Position numbers and translations under genes: made by a program. A stretch of 64,000 nucleotides of DNA from an uncultured Erysipelotrichaceae bacterium (GTDB taxonomy: Bacteria; Bacillota_I; Bacilli_A; RFN20; CAG-826), in assembly GCA_902800025.1 (NCBI GenBank), contig CADCDA010000003.1:102372-166371 (forward strand), in the 5' to 3' direction. Below are positions 31,133 through 39,789 of this stretch, in pieces (position 1 is the stretch's first letter; every line of letters starts with the position of its first letter). Under the pieces are notes generated by a model. That model was not told the origin of the DNA. It made no database searches and saw only the letters and a list, made by a program, of their open reading frames with translations.

Positions 31133-32065
31133 TTATTGTAATAAATTCGTAATTAATTTAACTATTATATCCATTTCATCAGGATTACTTTCTGCTGTAA
31201 GGATAGTAACTGCAACAAGAGCTTCATTTGATATTACTTGCTTATTGTTTCTATATAAAATTCCATTTTTGAATAAGAAGTTGATGAAAAGAGTTGCCGC
31301 TATCCTTTTACATCCGTCAGCGAACGGATGGTCTTTGACCAAGAAATATAATAAATGGGCGGCTTTTTCTTCAACCGAAGGATATAGTTCTTGCCCAAAA
31401 ACATTTTGGTATACTTGCTCAACGATTCCGTTAAGTTTCCCTTTTTCTTTCTCTACACCAAAGACATTTGACATTTCGTTAAATTTCATAGAATCAATAA
31501 TGTCTCTTACTTCTTGATATGTCATAACATAGTCACTATGACTACCTTTTGGTTTAGTTAGTGTCTGATGATCGTAGCTATCTAAAAGATCTAACGCTCT
31601 TGTATATTCATTTATTACTGTTGATAACTCTTCTTTATCAATATTTAGTGAATAAGAAAGCATTTTTGTTTGAATATCAATCACTTTGCCAAGGGTTTCA
31701 AGCCTTTTTTGATTAACTGTATAACCTTGAATTAAATAACTTTTTAATACATTGTTTGCCCACTTTCTAAACAAGATACCTCTATTAGATTTGACACGAT
31801 AACCCACAGAAATAATCATATCAAGGTCATACATCTTAACCGGTCTATCAGAACGAGAAAAGTGCGTTTTCCGCACATTGCTTTTTTCGTCTAATTCGCC
31901 ATCTTTTAAAATGTTATTGATGTGCCTTGTGATTCTTGTTCTATCGGTATTGAAAAGCAATGCCATTTCTTCTTGCGTTAACCATACGGTTTCATTCTCT
32001 GAATCAGCACGCACATCTAATTCAAAATCTTTGTCAGTAAATCTGACTAATTCAAGTTTGTTCAT
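31133..32065 (-). CDS. RhuM-family protein with a Fic/Doc-like C-terminal domain (degenerate motif HPFADGCKR)
   Basis: A RhuM-type N-terminal segment (WLTQEEMALLFNTDRTRITRHINN) and a C-terminal HPFADGCKRIAATLF that resembles the Doc/Fic core motif (HxFx[DN][AG]NKR or HPFx[DE]GNGR). Strong RBS AGGAGG. 310 aa. Confidence 0.7.
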   Translation of the reverse strand: MNKLELVRFTDKDFELDVRADSENETVWLTQEEMALLFNTDRTRITRHINNILKDGELDEKSNVRKTHFSRSDRPVKMYDLDMIISVGYRVKSNRGILFRKWANNVLKSYLIQGYTVNQKRLETLGKVIDIQTKMLSYSLNIDKEELSTVINEYTRALDLLDSYDHQTLTKPKGSHSDYVMTYQEVRDIIDSMKFNEMSNVFGVEKEKGKLNGIVEQVYQNVFGQELYPSVEEKAAHLLYFLVKDHPFADGCKRIAATLFINFLFKNGILYRNNKQVISNEALVAVTILTAESNPDEMDIIVKLITNLLQ

Positions 32066-32472
32066 TATTATCTACCTCCTATTCGAACATCTTTGGTGTT
32101 ACTTATTAGGAGATAAATAAAAGCCATCACTCCAATGAAAAAACACCGAAATGTAGCCGACAATTGCTATATCCCAAACAATCTCAACTACTGGTGTTAC
32201 ATCACTGATTCAGTTGGATGGCCTCAATTCAAGTTAGTTTAACTTGTGTGGAGCGCGATGATCTTCTTGCATCTAAGACCGTGTCACAAAGGTCGCCATT
32301 TATCTTAGACACTCATATCATTTCTGGACGATACTTTCCACAACGATATACCTTAACACACAGCATACCGGTTCAAAGTTATATATAATTTATTGAACAA
32401 TTTCATTCTATCAAATATTCGTTATTATTCAACATGTTTTCAAAAGATATTAGAATTAACGAATTACAAAAA

Positions 32473-32491
32473 AACAGTGCTTAGCACTGTT
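32473..32491. terminator. palindromic hairpin AACAGTGCttaGCACTGTT (terminator of the esterase gene), a near-identical twin of 31112-31130
   Basis: Identical 8-bp stem. Only the loop-centre base differs. Confidence 0.6.
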
Positions 32492-32497
32492 CTTCTT

Positions 32498-33778
32498 TTA
32501 AATCTTACTTGTACACCATTCAGCAATCTTATTCACGAAAGCGTTATATTGGGTTTCATTAGCTTCTTTAGATATTTCGGTGTGGTTGCTATCTCTAAAG
32601 TAGAAATATTCATGTTCGACACCGACTTCATCTAATTTATGTTCTAAGGTTGCATATTGGGCAATGCCAACGATACTGTCTTTTCCTGCATACGCACAAA
32701 TAATAGGAAGTTTATTAGTGTTCTTAATCCAATAAGTGACAGATAATTGATCTTCTCCTCCACCAGCTTTAGTCATGGAATTAGAAGCAGCGTTAGGATT
32801 AACAATACTTTCTTTTGCTTCATTTGTTGATGCTTCAACTTGGGCAAGTGTATATGGAAGTCCACACATTCCATTAGCGATTCTCATAGTTTGATATTCA
32901 TTCCAATTAACTGAATCTCCAGCGATTGGTAATCTAGAAAGATTATCCGCTGCAGCTTGGCTATTAATTGCGGAATAAGTTAAACCGCCATCTAAAACGG
33001 CATCAGTAGCGTTTTTAAAGCTTAACCAAGAATCTGGTTTGATATCAACTGGACCAACCGCATCGACGATAAAACGAATAGGAAGTGCACTATTTTGACC
33101 TCTAGAATAACTATATAGCATTGCTAAATGAGCACCACTAGAAGCTCCACCGACAACTAGATTAGTCTTAGTTGTGTCATATCCTAAGTCTTGAAGAGCA
33201 AGTTTGATGGATTTGATGCAAGCATCAATTTCATCTAAATTACGGAAGATAGATAAAGATGTATCATCCATACTTCTCTTTAAGAGAGTGTATTTAAGTG
33301 TTGCGGTAATATATCCTTTTTTAGCGAATTCAAAGACATATGGATTGACATCCGTTTTAAATCCACTGACCCATGCTCCACCATGGATAAATAAAATTAC
33401 AACGTGCTTATTATTTTTTGGAGCGGCATTAGGAACATATAAGTCGTAATTATTTTTACTCTTACTACCTTCATAGTCCTGGCCACCATTGACATTATAT
33501 TCAGTGTGATTAACTCCACCAGTCTTATAAGTATTTAATACTTTGTCATTTTCTGAATAATTAATGCTCTTAAAGCACAAAGCATTAGGAACATCATTAA
33601 TTTCTTTTCCTTTAACTCCTTGAGCGTAAACTGCGGTTGGATCTTCAGGTTCAACTGGAGCAGAAGGATTGAATTCGTTATGGATTGCGATATCGCTATC
33701 ATCAAAGAGACTACAAGAAGTAAGTCCTAAAGTACCAACAGCGAGTAATGTTAATAATAATTTCTTAAACTTTTTCAT
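32498..33778 (-). CDS. secreted lipoprotein, alpha/beta-hydrolase (esterase/lipase) family
   Basis: Lipobox LGLTSCS, oxyanion motif ILFIHGGAW, nucleophile elbow GGASSGAH (GxSxG). 426 aa. Confidence 0.75.
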   Translation of the reverse strand: MKKFKKLLLTLLAVGTLGLTSCSLFDDSDIAIHNEFNPSAPVEPEDPTAVYAQGVKGKEINDVPNALCFKSINYSENDKVLNTYKTGGVNHTEYNVNGGQDYEGSKSKNNYDLYVPNAAPKNNKHVVILFIHGGAWVSGFKTDVNPYVFEFAKKGYITATLKYTLLKRSMDDTSLSIFRNLDEIDACIKSIKLALQDLGYDTTKTNLVVGGASSGAHLAMLYSYSRGQNSALPIRFIVDAVGPVDIKPDSWLSFKNATDAVLDGGLTYSAINSQAAADNLSRLPIAGDSVNWNEYQTMRIANGMCGLPYTLAQVEASTNEAKESIVNPNAASNSMTKAGGGEDQLSVTYWIKNTNKLPIICAYAGKDSIVGIAQYATLEHKLDEVGVEHEYFYFRDSNHTEISKEANETQYNAFVNKIAEWCTSKI

Positions 33779-33791
33779 TGTTACTTACCTC

Positions 33792-35048
33792 CTATTTCCC
33801 TTCTTCTCTAACTTGTTTTTTAAGGATGCTTCTCATAATTGCGTAGATAATCGCTAAAATGATTAATCCGAGATAAATCATCGATGGAATTAATGCGTAT
33901 GTACGAGGCGCTAAAATGATTTGTTTGATTGGTAGATTAAGCGCTGTGACATTTAAATATTTTGGAAGAATGAATTTTCCTACCACTGTTAGGCCTAAGC
34001 CAAGAACGACTTGTAAGAATCCAATAATCCAAAACCAAGGGCCAAAAATTGTCCATGGTTTTTTAGTAAATGTTTTAATAAGAGTGATTAAGAATAAAAT
34101 TCCCCAAATGCCAACAAAAACAAATAATCCAATAAATAAACCTAAAGATGTATATCCAACTGCTTGATAAAAAGCATCAGGCATCATTAATAAAATATAA
34201 GTATTAAGTAATCTATCTGCATAAGCAGGATTACTCTCAGTAGGACCTTGGTCTAAAGTGGATGGATCAGTAACCTTACCAGTTAATTCTGTCTTTAAAT
34301 AAGTAGACATATACATATATGGAAGTTCACTGATTCTTACTAAAGTTCCATCTGCTTTAACAAGTTTTAACTCGTTAAAGATTGATAATAAATTTGTTTT
34401 AATTTCTTCTCTTTTTTCTTGGGAGAATTCTGGTTTATCGACTAATCCAGACTCTTGAGCTTTCGCTAAAGCTTCGTCGATTTGTTCGTATAAAACATCA
34501 CTAACTGAATCGATGGTCGCATTATTTTCATTTGCAGAGTCGTATAAAGCATTGGAGAAGTTGGTGAAATAGACATCATCCATTCCAACTTCTTCCATGA
34601 TATCTTCAGCGGTAGAACCACTACCAGATCCGTTTTTAGCAGCTTCTACTTGAGTGGTGATTTCATTTTTAATTGTGCTTTTGATAACTGATCTAATTGT
34701 GAAATCAGTAATTAAATCGATTGGCTCATGTAATAAATTGATCATATCATCAACATTTTGTTGAATGATATATTGGTTAATCTTATCTTTGTTACCGTCT
34801 TTTACTTCATTAACGCCTTTATAATCAAGAGCGAACTTAATTCCGACGTGGATTTCATTAGTGCCTAATAATTGAGGAATATCGATTGTCGTTGAATAAG
34901 TTGTCTCAGGGACGAACTGTGAGAATGTGTTCACATCAAGAGTGATGTTCGAGTTAAATGACAATATTGGTGGGTAAAATAAGAAAAAGGCTGCCGCACC
35001 AGATAAAGCCAGAATAATTAAATTAAAAATCCTTATTGCTGCTTTCAT
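33792..35048 (-). CDS. hypothetical membrane protein (N-terminal anchor, large extracytoplasmic domain, C-terminal TM bundle)
   Basis: Hydrophobic segments at the N- and C-termini. No motif recognised. 418 aa. Confidence 0.5.
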   Translation of the reverse strand: MKAAIRIFNLIILALSGAAAFFLFYPPILSFNSNITLDVNTFSQFVPETTYSTTIDIPQLLGTNEIHVGIKFALDYKGVNEVKDGNKDKINQYIIQQNVDDMINLLHEPIDLITDFTIRSVIKSTIKNEITTQVEAAKNGSGSGSTAEDIMEEVGMDDVYFTNFSNALYDSANENNATIDSVSDVLYEQIDEALAKAQESGLVDKPEFSQEKREEIKTNLLSIFNELKLVKADGTLVRISELPYMYMSTYLKTELTGKVTDPSTLDQGPTESNPAYADRLLNTYILLMMPDAFYQAVGYTSLGLFIGLFVFVGIWGILFLITLIKTFTKKPWTIFGPWFWIIGFLQVVLGLGLTVVGKFILPKYLNVTALNLPIKQIILAPRTYALIPSMIYLGLIILAIIYAIMRSILKKQVREEGK

Positions 35049-35129
35049 TTTTGTGTACCTTTAGTTTTTTATATTATACAACTTATCCTCATATTTTTTG
35101 AATATTGTTAACAATTAATTCAAAACGTT

Positions 35130-35161
35130 TACTAATAAAAAGAAAAGCCATAACGGCTTCT
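35130..35161 (-). terminator. intrinsic terminator after mscS
   Basis: AAGCCataacGGCTT followed on the minus strand by a TTTTCTTTTTATT run. Confidence 0.55.
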
Positions 35162-36355
35162 CTATTTTTTCTTTTTGGTTTTCTTCTTGGCTCGGCCAGT
35201 AGATTTTTTTGGTTGAATTGGTTTGATATCAATCCCGAGAGTTTTTTCAATAAATGATTTCTCTTTTTTATCGACCGTAATTTCTCTAGTCTTCGCTACC
35301 AATTCTTGAGAGAGATCAATTTGTTCTTCAGTCGCGATTGGACGATCTTTTGGATCAGCGTTATTGATAACAATTTGTTGGAAGGTGAAGTAAATATCAT
35401 TATTCTTAAAGATTTGATAAAGTTCTCTTCTTAAATCACGTGTTGTTCCAAATCGATCTGGATAACGACACTTAACACCAAAACTGATTTCAACTCCAGA
35501 ATTAGTTAAAGCTTCAACACCTTTATAGAAAGGAGCTTCAATCATTTTTGGACATCTATCTTTAATTTTTGGAAGTTCTTCACTAAGAATTGCTTCTACT
35601 CTTTCAATGTCTTCGTTATAACCAATTTCCATTGATACAGAAACGATGTTAATAGTTCTAGAAAGATTGACGCAAGTTTGAATATTGCTATTAGCAATAC
35701 ATTTGATATTTCCAAGTCTATCATCAATTTTTACAGTTCTTAAACCGATTTCAGTAACATATCCTCTAAAGCCATCGATAATAACTGCATCACCAACAGC
35801 AAAATAATCATCAAAGACGATGAACAAACCACTGACGATATCAGCGACCAAATTCTTACAGCCAAAGCCGATAATAATAGCGAGGATAGAAACTCCAGCG
35901 ACCGCAGAGGCTAAGTTAACACCCCAAAGGGTTAAGATAACGGCGATATCAACAATGATAGAAACATATCTTAAAACAGAAACGATAAGACTTCCGATTG
36001 TTTTTGTTCTTTGGGTCTTTCTTGTAACCGACTTAATAATTCCTTTTAAAACATAGTAGATAACAAAGGTTGTTAAAATGACAATGATAGAAATAACTAA
36101 AGTTAATGCGTTAGCGGTGAAATAAATACCGATCATGTGCCAGCCATTAGGGACACCTACTCCTATAAGTAAGTCGGCAACTTCGTCGCCAAATAGTTGA
36201 CGGCAATACACCAAAGTAAATAATGCTGCAACGAGTAATAAAACAAAGATAATCATTAAAACAAATGATTTTTTATCTTTCTTATCTTTCTTTGACCACC
36301 AACCTTTTCTAACTTCGGTGGATTCTGGGATATTCGTTAAATCTTTCTCTTCCAT
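35162..36355 (-). CDS. mscS: small-conductance mechanosensitive channel (MscS family)
   Basis: TM helices followed by an MscS beta-domain: GDAVIIDGFRGYVTEIGLRTVKIDDRLGNIKCIANSNI. 397 aa. Confidence 0.8.
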   Translation of the reverse strand: MEEKDLTNIPESTEVRKGWWSKKDKKDKKSFVLMIIFVLLLVAALFTLVYCRQLFGDEVADLLIGVGVPNGWHMIGIYFTANALTLVISIIVILTTFVIYYVLKGIIKSVTRKTQRTKTIGSLIVSVLRYVSIIVDIAVILTLWGVNLASAVAGVSILAIIIGFGCKNLVADIVSGLFIVFDDYFAVGDAVIIDGFRGYVTEIGLRTVKIDDRLGNIKCIANSNIQTCVNLSRTINIVSVSMEIGYNEDIERVEAILSEELPKIKDRCPKMIEAPFYKGVEALTNSGVEISFGVKCRYPDRFGTTRDLRRELYQIFKNNDIYFTFQQIVINNADPKDRPIATEEQIDLSQELVAKTREITVDKKEKSFIEKTLGIDIKPIQPKKSTGRAKKKTKKKK

Positions 36356-36367
36356 GTTCTATCTCCT

Positions 36368-36952
36368 TTATTGATTAATCAATAAATCAAATTCTTTAAT
36401 TATGGTTTCACTACCATTAAGGGTGTTTACTACTTTCCCCTTATATGTCACGTCATATTCTATTTCAATTGGGATTGAATATACTTGATTTTTTAAGTCT
36501 TTTGAGGTGTAGATTATTTCTTCAGTTTCTTCTTCCATTACTGTTAATAATGTTTCTCCACCAGAAATGTTTTGTAATTCAAAATCAATTGTCGCCACAT
36601 TTTGTTTATACGTTACATTGAAGTATTTCATTGTAGGAGCAACCGGAACGAGTAATAGTCCAGTAAGAATGCCTGCTCCCGCTAGTGTAGCGACAGAAGT
36701 TGTTAAAACCAAAGTAAAGTCTTCAGATAAAATATCAACTAGTTTGGTCTTATTTCGATGACTCTTCGCGTGTTCGCTTATTTCTGTTGAATCCCCTGGT
36801 AAAGGATTTAACTCGTCAGAAATTGGCTCGTTATTCACAGTAAAAACATTATTTTCATCTTTGAAATTGAAATTTGATTCTATACCTTTAATTGAACTTT
36901 CTGCGTAAATCATAATCTGTGCCTTGATTATTGTATAATAAAAGTCTAACAA
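36368..36952 (-). CDS. hypothetical single-pass membrane protein, probably co-transcribed with mscS (12-nt gap)
   Basis: Central TM helix LVLTTSVATLAGAGILTGLLLVPVAP. No motif. The start is uncertain (M1 or M14). Confidence 0.45.
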   Translation of the reverse strand: MLDFYYTIIKAQIMIYAESSIKGIESNFNFKDENNVFTVNNEPISDELNPLPGDSTEISEHAKSHRNKTKLVDILSEDFTLVLTTSVATLAGAGILTGLLLVPVAPTMKYFNVTYKQNVATIDFELQNISGGETLLTVMEEETEEIIYTSKDLKNQVYSIPIEIEYDVTYKGKVVNTLNGSETIIKEFDLLINQ

Positions 36953-37003
36953 TTGATATATTTATAAATTGTTTATATCTATTAATTCACATATAATGAC
37001 TCT

Positions 37004-37603
37004 ATGAACTTTGAAATTTTAGTAGCGACCAATAACATTCATAAGCTCCAAGAAATTAGGCAAATCCTCTCCCCTCATAAGATCACAGTATATGGGATGA
37101 ATGATCTAAATATCGATATTGGAGAAGTTGATGAAAATGGCGAGACATATTTTGAAAATGCTTTAATAAAAGCAAAAGCGCTTCAAAAAGTGACAAAGAT
37201 GCCAATTATCGCTGATGACACCGGACTTGAAATAGTCGCTATGGGTAATAAACCTGGACTACACACCGCTCGATTCGCTAAAGAATTCGGTGGTTATTTA
37301 GGAGCGTTTAATGAAATCTTTCAACAATTAGAAGGAAAAGAACGCACCGCGTATTTTGTTTGCGATATCGTTTTGCTTAATGTAGAAGATAAGCCACTAC
37401 GATTTGAGGCAAGAATCCCAGGACATATCGCTACTGAAGTCATCGGAGAAGAAGGTTTTGGATATGATCCAATCTTCATTAATGATGAAATTGGCAAGAC
37501 TTACGCTCTTATGGGACAAGAAGAAAAAAACCGCGTATCACACCGCGGTAAAGCTCTAAAAAAGCTCCTTACTTATCTAAAGATAAATAATTATATTAAC
37601 TAA
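37004..37603 (+). CDS. rdgB: non-canonical purine NTP pyrophosphatase (RdgB/HAM1, ITPase)
   Basis: ATNNIHKLQE…DDTGLEIVAMGNKPGLHTARF…GYDPIF match Ham1 family motifs. 199 aa. Confidence 0.85.
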   Translation: MNFEILVATNNIHKLQEIRQILSPHKITVYGMNDLNIDIGEVDENGETYFENALIKAKALQKVTKMPIIADDTGLEIVAMGNKPGLHTARFAKEFGGYLGAFNEIFQQLEGKERTAYFVCDIVLLNVEDKPLRFEARIPGHIATEVIGEEGFGYDPIFINDEIGKTYALMGQEEKNRVSHRGKALKKLLTYLKINNYIN

Positions 37604-38642
37604 TTCTCATCTTTCTCTTCTTAAGGATAGATTTCCATGATAGATAGAGGATGAGCAAAACAATAAATCCAACAAACGACAAGGCTCCTGCACCTATGAA
37701 GACATAGAATAGGAGTCCTTTTTCAAAGAAGAAATAGGCGGTAATACCTAATCCCACTGTTGCAAGTAATAAGAAAAGCGAGAAATAGATAGCGACATTT
37801 TTCGCTCTAATAAGAGAGGTATAGTCTTTAAAGACTTTATCATCGATAAGCTTTTTCTTTTTAGTTGGAGAAAGAGTATATGGCTTATGTTTAGATATCT
37901 TAGTGCTAATAACTTCATCGATGCGTTCAACATAAATCTTGTCACCGACAATTTTTGTGTATTTATATCCAACGCCTTGAACTGTATATTTCACCGATCT
38001 TAAAGATGCTTCGTTTTCATTAATGCTATGAGAAATTAAATTCATTAAAATCTCGTTATTTTGAGTGACATAATCTTTTTTGATTTGTGTTAACTCAGCG
38101 AGAATATCTTTTTTAAATTTAATGATATCCGCTAATCTTTTTAAATATAATTTAATGCACTCTTCATCATAAAAATATTTTTTATGAGTAAGCTTTGCAA
38201 ATAGGGCCATATCATATTCATCTAATGCAAAATTAATCTTCTTTAAAAAACCAACAAAAGTGTTTACTTCTTCAGTGCCTTTATGAGTGATAGATTCAAG
38301 AAGTTCGTTACATTCATTTAAATATGCTTGTCTGACTTTAGATGTATAGATTAAACAAAGGATTCTTCCTAAAAGAGCCTTTGAATTATCAGGTTCAATT
38401 TCTAAAACATCCGCATATTGTTGATAAGCAAGAACTGGGTCACACGCCACAAATAAAGAGTTATCAGCCTTGTTAACCATTTTAACAATAATGCTTTGGT
38501 ATAAACCAATCGCATCTTTTGGATTTAATTCACGCATGCAAAATGGGCAATAAACTGTACTTGCCTCAGGGTTTACTGGGAATATATGGTTTTCAATTCT
38601 TGTGAATTGACAATATGTACAAAGTCCGTTTTTGGTAGCCAT
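37596..38642 (-). CDS. hypothetical protein with an N-terminal zinc ribbon (CTYC…CPFC) and two C-terminal TM helices
   Basis: Four Cys in a C-x2-C…C-x2-C arrangement within the first 36 aa. Hydrophobic C-terminus. 348 aa. Confidence 0.5.
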   Translation of the reverse strand: MATKNGLCTYCQFTRIENHIFPVNPEASTVYCPFCMRELNPKDAIGLYQSIIVKMVNKADNSLFVACDPVLAYQQYADVLEIEPDNSKALLGRILCLIYTSKVRQAYLNECNELLESITHKGTEEVNTFVGFLKKINFALDEYDMALFAKLTHKKYFYDEECIKLYLKRLADIIKFKKDILAELTQIKKDYVTQNNEILMNLISHSINENEASLRSVKYTVQGVGYKYTKIVGDKIYVERIDEVISTKISKHKPYTLSPTKKKKLIDDKVFKDYTSLIRAKNVAIYFSLFLLLATVGLGITAYFFFEKGLLFYVFIGAGALSFVGFIVLLILYLSWKSILKKRKMRIS

Positions 38643-38702
38643 AATAATGAAATTATAGAATAATTTTCTAAAAACTCAATCATGAATGTATAATCTTTAT
38701 GG

Positions 38703-39788
38703 ATGAAGATTAAAAATAACGCAAAACTTATTAGTCAAATCGAGTCTCTTATTGAGACAAATTATTTAAATATGTCTCTTTCTGATATGTTTAATGAAGT
38801 TGTTGGAAATGTTGATATCACGAGTGAAAAACAAATATCAGTGATAAAGAAAAAATTTAGCCTTTCCGACAAAGCCGCCCTTATAAGTGTCTATCAAAAT
38901 TATTGGGAACTCGATTTAGATAATGAAGAAGACGAAGAAATCTTAAACAAATATATTTCCCCTTATATTGAAGAATGTGATATTAATAAATATCTTTCTA
39001 ATCCGTATTATCAAAAGATTAAAACCGCACATATCGTTGAAGGAGATTACGAACTGATCATTGACCACTATGAGCCATATGAACTATTCGCATACAAAGA
39101 TATGTCATATGAAAAAGATTCGTTTATCGAACTTAATTCTTTATCTTTCTTTAAGGAAAAATTTCCATTCCTGGCTCTTAATCACAAAGGCGTTACATGG
39201 ATGAGTGTTACTCCTAATGAAATTGAAACGATGGAAAAAGCGGTTAATGAAGCAACTGGGAAAGTTGTCGTTTATGGATTAGGAATTGGATATTATCCAT
39301 ATATGATTTCTTTAAAAGAAGATGTTAAGGAAATAACAATTATTGAAAAAGATGAAAAGATAATTGAACTATTTAAAAAGCATTTACTTCCACTATTCGA
39401 ACACAAAGAAAAAATAACGATAATCAAGCAAGATGCCTTCAAATACATGCAAGAAAGCCACTATTTTGATTATTCATTTATCGATTTGTGGCATAACCCT
39501 GTAGATGGAATTGAATTATTCTTAAGAGCAAAAAAACTAGAAAATAAAGGCCGATATTTCTATTGGCTAGAAAGTAGTTTTTATCTCTTGCTTAGAAGAT
39601 GTTTTATTTCTTTGCTTGAAGAACAACTCGCTAATGTCGACGAATCTAATTATATAAAGAGTAAATCTCCTACTGACACAATCATTAATACTTATTATCA
39701 AAAAACAAAAAATCTTGTCCTCACTAATGAAAATGAGTTACAAGATTTATTGAGTGATAATTCTTTACTTAATTTACTTATGAAATAA
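38703..39788 (+). CDS. hypothetical protein with a Rossmann/SAM-MTase or spermidine-synthase-like glycine-rich motif
   Basis: GKVVVYGLGIGYYPYMI…EITIIEKDEKIIE resembles motif I of class I MTases and spermidine synthases. 361 aa. Confidence 0.45.
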   Translation: MKIKNNAKLISQIESLIETNYLNMSLSDMFNEVVGNVDITSEKQISVIKKKFSLSDKAALISVYQNYWELDLDNEEDEEILNKYISPYIEECDINKYLSNPYYQKIKTAHIVEGDYELIIDHYEPYELFAYKDMSYEKDSFIELNSLSFFKEKFPFLALNHKGVTWMSVTPNEIETMEKAVNEATGKVVVYGLGIGYYPYMISLKEDVKEITIIEKDEKIIELFKKHLLPLFEHKEKITIIKQDAFKYMQESHYFDYSFIDLWHNPVDGIELFLRAKKLENKGRYFYWLESSFYLLLRRCFISLLEEQLANVDESNYIKSKSPTDTIINTYYQKTKNLVLTNENELQDLLSDNSLLNLLMK

Positions 39789-39789
39789 A

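Noticed and set aside
32100-32470. tmRNA, RNase P RNA or 6S RNA in the long non-coding stretch
   Set aside because: There is no tRNA-like 3' end (GGTTCGAnTCC…CCA). The universally conserved RNase P P4 sequences (AGGAAAGUCCGGGCUCC / ACAGAAACCCGGCUUA) are absent. I cannot evaluate 6S by eye. The region is kept only as an unclassified candidate.
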